Part shown: piece by piece, positions 15,788-20,655 of the stretch
Numbering within the stretch: the stretch's first letter is position 1
How the letters are laid out: the number at the start of each line of letters is the position of its first letter
NCBI GenBank assembly: GCA_048885925.1
Contig: JBHLLG010000033.1
Location: forward strand, 8,411 to 29,065
Origin: Candidatus Hermodarchaeota archaeon
GTDB lineage: Archaea; Asgardarchaeota; Lokiarchaeia; Sigyniarchaeales; SOKP01
DNA: 20,655 nucleotides
Reading direction: 5' to 3'
The notes under the pieces: generated by a model
What the model was told of the DNA's origin: nothing
The model's database searches: none
What the model saw: only the letters and a program-made list of their open reading frames with translations
Program-made: the position numbers and the translations under genes

Positions 15788-16954
15788 CTAATTTGGTTTA
15801 AACTTCACAAGTATAACGATTGTAGAAATTACTGGAAAAATAATCATTATCCACATAAAGGCATAATAGTCTGAATTAAAGAACAACAATAAACTGAAAA
15901 AAATGCCTCCAAAAAATCCTCCTGAAAAAAAACTTGAATTTGCATAACCTAAATATTTACCTTTATTTCTCGGATTCGTTTTTTTGGCAATATAGATTTG
16001 AGTAGCATTCCAAAATAGCGCAAAAGAAGCAGAAACCATAATTTGAGCAATAAAGAAGCCTAAAAAATCAGATGCTACCATATATCCAAGTATAGCTCCA
16101 CTGCTTAAAATAAAACCGACTGTTAGGATATATTTTTCATTATTTTTTGAAATAAATTTACCAGTTAAAAGCATTAAAAAGAATTGAAGTAATGGATTAA
16201 ATCCTAATAGAAAACCTATCTGTGTATTACTACTTAAATGTAGAGCCATTAAAACTGCTAAAATTGTAATTATTGGCCTAATTCCGAAATGTCGTGAAAA
16301 AAGGGCTATATAAATTGATTTTGAAATTGAAGGTTTGTCATCTTCCTTATTGAATTTATTAAGTTTCAATTTTTCATTATATTCATTATTATAATATTCT
16401 AATATCTCTTTTCTATTCTCTCTAATAAATAAAATAACTAAAATATTAAATATTGAAATGTATAATAAAAATAGAAATATCTTTGAAATCCCAAATATAT
16501 CTATAAGAATTCCCCCAAGTTGAGAACCAAGAAACCAACCAAATACTGTAATAGCATTGTAATAAGTAACGAATTTAGGACTATTTTTTGTCAACTCTTG
16601 ATAAAGAGTAAAATTTAACCTAAAACTAATACCAAAAATGCTATAAATTACTAAAAAAGTAGTTATCAATATCAAATTTTTTGATATCATTAGAGATAAA
16701 TACATCAAACTCACACCGATTGCACCTAATAATATAAATAAATACCTATTCTGTATTTTATCTGAAAATTTTCCCAAAATCTGGGGTAAAAAAACTGCTG
16801 ATAATGGATAAATTGTCGTAACTATTTGTACAACGGGACGATTAAATCCAATATCTAGCAGATAGCGGGGAAGATAATATATCAACGCCATAGCAGCAGT
16901 ACTATAAATTAAAACCGAGATTAAAATAAGAAATACAGATCTTTTAGAAAGCAT
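15788..16954 (-). CDS. Major facilitator superfamily transporter
   Basis: About 12 TM segments, motif A GKFSDKIQNR, and C-terminal-half NKGKYLG. Lies 15 nt downstream of the glycogen synthase gene. Confidence 0.92.
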   Translation of the reverse strand: MLSKRSVFLILISVLIYSTAAMALIYYLPRYLLDIGFNRPVVQIVTTIYPLSAVFLPQILGKFSDKIQNRYLFILLGAIGVSLMYLSLMISKNLILITTFLVIYSIFGISFRLNFTLYQELTKNSPKFVTYYNAITVFGWFLGSQLGGILIDIFGISKIFLFLLYISIFNILVILFIRENRKEILEYYNNEYNEKLKLNKFNKEDDKPSISKSIYIALFSRHFGIRPIITILAVLMALHLSSNTQIGFLLGFNPLLQFFLMLLTGKFISKNNEKYILTVGFILSSGAILGYMVASDFLGFFIAQIMVSASFALFWNATQIYIAKKTNPRNKGKYLGYANSSFFSGGFFGGIFFSLLLFFNSDYYAFMWIMIIFPVISTIVILVKFKPN

Positions 16955-16969
16955 ATATTATTTTACTCC

Positions 16970-18769
16970 TTACATTTTCAATGTTCGAAAGTTCTTTATC
17001 ATTGTATATAATTCAATTAATTTCTTCGAGACAATACTCCATCTAAAATTATTTTCTACTCTTTTATAGCAGTTCTCTTTAATCTTATTGTAATATTTTG
17101 GATCTAGCAAGACTAATGATTCAAGGATTTTATCAGGAATCTGATTAACCAATTGAAAATTTTCAGTTTCATAAATGGCTTTCTTATCTTTTACTTTCTC
17201 AGAAATTTCCTTTAGTTTAAAAAGAGAGATTAATGCATCAGCAAATTGATGAGGATTATCTTTGTCAATCAATATGCCAGTACCTATTTCTGGAAAATTT
17301 CTGATATCTATTATAGATTCTTGAAATCCTCCCACCTTAGTAGCAATTATGGGTAACTTTACAGACATTGCTTCTAATGCGATAATACCAAAGGGTTCCC
17401 ATCTAGATAAGGCACAATAAACATCCGAAGCAATATGAGCAAGATGAAAAATATCAGTAGCTACTCCAAAAACAATTCTTAAGTTTTTGGGATACCTTAC
17501 TACATATTGAGCATAAGTCTTAATTTCATTCATACTATAATCAGTAGGCAAAATAAGAAATAAGAATTTTGCATTGGGGATTACTTTTATTACTATAGGA
17601 ATTGCCTCAAGAATGGTTTCAAATCCTTTTTGGGGGGAGATTCTTCCAGTTGTTATCACTAATGGTCCAAATTCGTCAAAAGACTTAATATATCCATTTC
17701 TAACGAATTCATTTCCATTGGAGATTTCATTAATAACTGCTAATATTTTCTCTGATTGAATTAATGGACTCCTGTCTAAGTGAGATAACTTATAGGTTAA
17801 CAAATATTTTTTCATATCTGATAAAGCCACAGATTTTTCGTGGGATATATGTAATACTTCTCTTATTTCTTGTTCATGATTTTTTAAAACTTGTTGAAAA
17901 ATCTCTTCATAATCCCAATCACAGCCATCCCAAACGAAATTTGATTTAAATTCTATTAATCCCTTACCACAATTTGGAATTATATCTGACTTTAAATAGG
18001 ATTGACTTACTGTTGTTACTAAATCACTTATAAACGCACCGATCTGTTCAACACTTGGAGGTTGATACTCTCCACTTATCTTTTTACAAATTGAAAATAT
18101 TTCATCTGGAGTTAATTGCTTTATTCCTTCTTTTAAACGAACAGAAATAGGCGTTTGGTCAATTCCACACATGTAATAGAAATCAATTGCATATCGAGGC
18201 CAAGTTAATAAATGAATAGTGATAATTGAGGCTAGATCTAAACCATTTTTAGCTAATCTCTGCTTGATACCAATAAATGGTATAACCGCATGATAATCAT
18301 GTATATGAATTATATCTGGTAATTGTTCTTTTTGGTTATCTATTAAATAATCAATATAACAACGCATCCCTATACTAAATAAGAAAATCTTCCCATTGAG
18401 AGTGTCTGGGTTATATACTATCTTATCATCAAGAAATCTATTAGTAAATGGACTTTCTCCATGTAATAATACAATATTCACATTATTAATTTTTGATTTA
18501 TAAAATGATATACTAAATGTTGTCTCTGGTTCATTTATCCCAAATTGAAAAGGATTAATTTGCCCTACACAGTTAAATGGTAATTTCTCCCATTCAAGCT
18601 TTTTATCTAATCTTTCCATTTGACCATGTGAAGGCATAAAAACAGTTATATTATAATAATTAGCTAGATGTTTGGCTTGATTAGCAGGTACCTCTCCTAG
18701 GCCCCCTATCTTCACAATTCCAGCATATTCAAAAGTAAATATCCAAATGTTATCTTTTATATCGTTCAA
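16970..18769 (-). CDS. glgA: Glycogen synthase (archaeal GT5/GT-B type), extended at 599 aa
   Basis: KIGGLG (KxGGL), VFMPSHG, HIHDYH, TIH, VTTVS, GRISPQKG, SRWEPFGIIALEAM, VGG. TTG start. Confidence 0.88.
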   Translation of the reverse strand: MNDIKDNIWIFTFEYAGIVKIGGLGEVPANQAKHLANYYNITVFMPSHGQMERLDKKLEWEKLPFNCVGQINPFQFGINEPETTFSISFYKSKINNVNIVLLHGESPFTNRFLDDKIVYNPDTLNGKIFLFSIGMRCYIDYLIDNQKEQLPDIIHIHDYHAVIPFIGIKQRLAKNGLDLASIITIHLLTWPRYAIDFYYMCGIDQTPISVRLKEGIKQLTPDEIFSICKKISGEYQPPSVEQIGAFISDLVTTVSQSYLKSDIIPNCGKGLIEFKSNFVWDGCDWDYEEIFQQVLKNHEQEIREVLHISHEKSVALSDMKKYLLTYKLSHLDRSPLIQSEKILAVINEISNGNEFVRNGYIKSFDEFGPLVITTGRISPQKGFETILEAIPIVIKVIPNAKFLFLILPTDYSMNEIKTYAQYVVRYPKNLRIVFGVATDIFHLAHIASDVYCALSRWEPFGIIALEAMSVKLPIIATKVGGFQESIIDIRNFPEIGTGILIDKDNPHQFADALISLFKLKEISEKVKDKKAIYETENFQLVNQIPDKILESLVLLDPKYYNKIKENCYKRVENNFRWSIVSKKLIELYTMIKNFRTLKM

Positions 18770-19017
18770 GATATCTCAATCTTAATATAACGCCATTACC
18801 CGATTAAAACACAAAAATTGTGTACAACTTTAAATATAATTAAACCTAATTCGTTAAAAAAAGAATTTTATTAAAACTTAATTAAAATTGGATTTGTATG
18901 AATCAAATACGACAAAAAGTAAATTTTTTAATAAAGCAATAATGGTAATTGGTAATAAATTATGTACTAAAACACTTGTATAAGAAATAATTAAAAATAA
19001 TATTGGTGATACATGAA

Positions 19018-19392
19018 ATGGTAAATATAGAAATAATAAATACGGGTGCTCCTAAAGCAGGACCTTATAATCTTGGAATAAAAGCGGGAAATATGATTTT
19101 TATATCAGGACAGGTTCCCTCTCCAGAAGCAAAAGGAATAAAGGAGCAAACTAAAGCCGTTTTTGAAAAAATAAAAAATATATTAGATACAGCGGGAGCG
19201 AGTTTTTCAAATATAGTTAAAGTGAGTGTCTTCTTAAAAAATATGACTGACTTCAATGAAATGAATCAAGCTTATAAAGAATTTTTTGAAAAAAATGGTG
19301 TTACTGAGAAATTTCCAGCTAGAACTACAATCGAAGCAACTTGTCCAGTTTCATATGCCTTAATTGAAATTGATGCTATAGCAGTAATATAA
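19018..19392 (+). CDS. ridA: RidA/YjgF/UK114 enamine-imine deaminase
   Basis: GPY, ISGQ, FNEMN, PART (catalytic Arg), IEIDAIA. ATG 19018 follows the RBS-like GGTGAT. Confidence 0.93.
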   Translation: MVNIEIINTGAPKAGPYNLGIKAGNMIFISGQVPSPEAKGIKEQTKAVFEKIKNILDTAGASFSNIVKVSVFLKNMTDFNEMNQAYKEFFEKNGVTEKFPARTTIEATCPVSYALIEIDAIAVI

Positions 19393-19519
19393 TCAATCTC
19401 TAACTCAATTTTATTCATAACCACTTTTCTTTATAAACTTATATTTTCTTCAGAAGTTACTTTAAATAGAGAATAATATTTTCACTTTTATTATCCACTA
19501 AAAATAAAGTGTGAACATT

Positions 19520-20655
19520 TTGGATAATTTAGAAGACGCAATTATGAATAAAATAGATGGAATGAAAGATGAAATAGTTCAATTTCTTCAAAAGCTGATT
19601 CAAATACCTTCTGAAGTACCACCAGGTAAGTATAAAGAAATCTCTAAATTTGTTGAATCTAAAATGAAGGAATTCAAAATAAATACGAAAGTTAAAAAAA
19701 AGAATGTTATTGGAGAAATTGGAAATGGAAATGGTCTATCTCTAATATTTAATGCCCATATGGATACAGCTGCCATAGATGATGGTTGGACGAAAGATCC
19801 GCATGGAGGAGAAATTGTTGAGAATAAAATTTATGGTCGTGGAGCTGCTGATGATAAAGCTTGCTTAGCAGCTGAAATTTTCGCTGCTAAGACTTTAATA
19901 GATCTAGGAATCAATTTAAATGGAAAATTAATAATAACTGCTGTAATTAATGAGGAAATTGGCGGTTTACTGGGTACCGAATATCTTGTAAAGGATGAAA
20001 TAATAACTGGGGATGCGTGTTTACTAGGTGATGTATGTTGCGATTATCCAATTGCCTACCTTGGAGGAGAATTACAAATGAGTTTTATAACTAAAGGAAT
20101 ACGTCGCCAAGCTCAAGCTTATCCCGATTTACCTTTACCTCATCGCAATAAATATTCAGGAATAAATGCTATTGAAAAGATGGTAAAAATTATGAATTTC
20201 CTGATAGATTTACAGGAAGAATTCAAACAAATGGAAACCAAATATCCTATTCCTCCCGAGCTTCCATCGAAAATAAGTACAGTAAGTCTTACTATGATAA
20301 ATGGAGGAAATTCATTTCTCACAATTCCAGATAAATGTCTTTTGCAATGCTCTATAAGTGTTATTCCAGAAATGGATTTGAATAGTATTAAGGTAAGAAT
20401 TTTTAATTTTGTAGAATCTCTTAAAAAAGAAGATCCAAACTTAAATATTAATGCCCAAATAGGAGCTTTTATAAAACCTCATATACCAGAAACAAATACT
20501 ACTTTTGCAACAGCAATAAAAAAATCATTCAAAAATGTATTCGGAGAAGAAAGAGATTTCAAGACATCTATACCAACAACTGATGCTCAAATTTTTAGAG
20601 AAAAAGGTATAGAGACTATTTTAATTGGACCTCTTAGGGGAGAAAATAATTATCA
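19520..20655 (+). CDS. M20-family (ArgE/DapE-like) metallo-amidohydrolase, truncated by the window end (not in ORF track)
   Basis: TTG 19520 (or ATG 19544): ...LQKLIQIPS...FNAHMDT...YGRGAADDK...NEEIGG...GINAIEK...TDA...IGP. The frame appears open to the window edge. Confidence 0.92.
   Translation, partial: MDNLEDAIMNKIDGMKDEIVQFLQKLIQIPSEVPPGKYKEISKFVESKMKEFKINTKVKKKNVIGEIGNGNGLSLIFNAHMDTAAIDDGWTKDPHGGEIVENKIYGRGAADDKACLAAEIFAAKTLIDLGINLNGKLIITAVINEEIGGLLGTEYLVKDEIITGDACLLGDVCCDYPIAYLGGELQMSFITKGIRRQAQAYPDLPLPHRNKYSGINAIEKMVKIMNFLIDLQEEFKQMETKYPIPPELPSKISTVSLTMINGGNSFLTIPDKCLLQCSISVIPEMDLNSIKVRIFNFVESLKKEDPNLNINAQIGAFIKPHIPETNTTFATAIKKSFKNVFGEERDFKTSIPTTDAQIFREKGIETILIGPLRGENNY

Noticed and set aside
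14991-20322. Short ORFs 14991..15218, 15052..15255, 17574..17759, 17764..17949, 19065..19256 and 20140..20322
   Set aside because: All are antisense to well-supported genes (xpd, glgA, ridA, M20).
1-20655. CRISPR arrays, tRNA/rRNA genes, IS elements, prophage or defence genes
   Set aside because: No regularly spaced repeats, GC-rich structured segments, transposase/integrase motifs or terminal inverted repeats were seen.

Overview
AT-rich, gene-dense chromosomal window, most consistent with an Asgard archaeon (Lokiarchaeia/Promethearchaeota-like). This is inferred from the combination of a Rab-like small GTPase, a eukaryote-like presenilin, an archaemetzincin, an FrhB-family protein, an Fe-S XPD helicase and an archaeal-type glycogen synthase. 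Gene order: small ORF(-), GT4 glycosyltransferase(+), archaemetzincin(-) head-to-head with presenilin(+), 3-hydroxyacyl-CoA dehydrogenase(+), four small proteins (two missed by the ORF track), a degenerate FrhB-family Fe-S protein behind a perfect 16-bp palindrome, Rab-like GTPase(-) and a polytopic membrane protein(-), gcvT-gcvH-gcvPA-gcvPB, XPD, MFS(-), glycogen synthase(-), RidA, and a truncated M20 amidohydrolase. I see no rRNA, tRNA, CRISPR array or mobile element. Most notable: XPD has no canonical in-frame start upstream of its Walker A motif (candidate ATA start); the metzincin and presenilin genes are divergently paired; and the FrhB keeps its Fe-S ligands but appears to have lost its flavin/F420 site.
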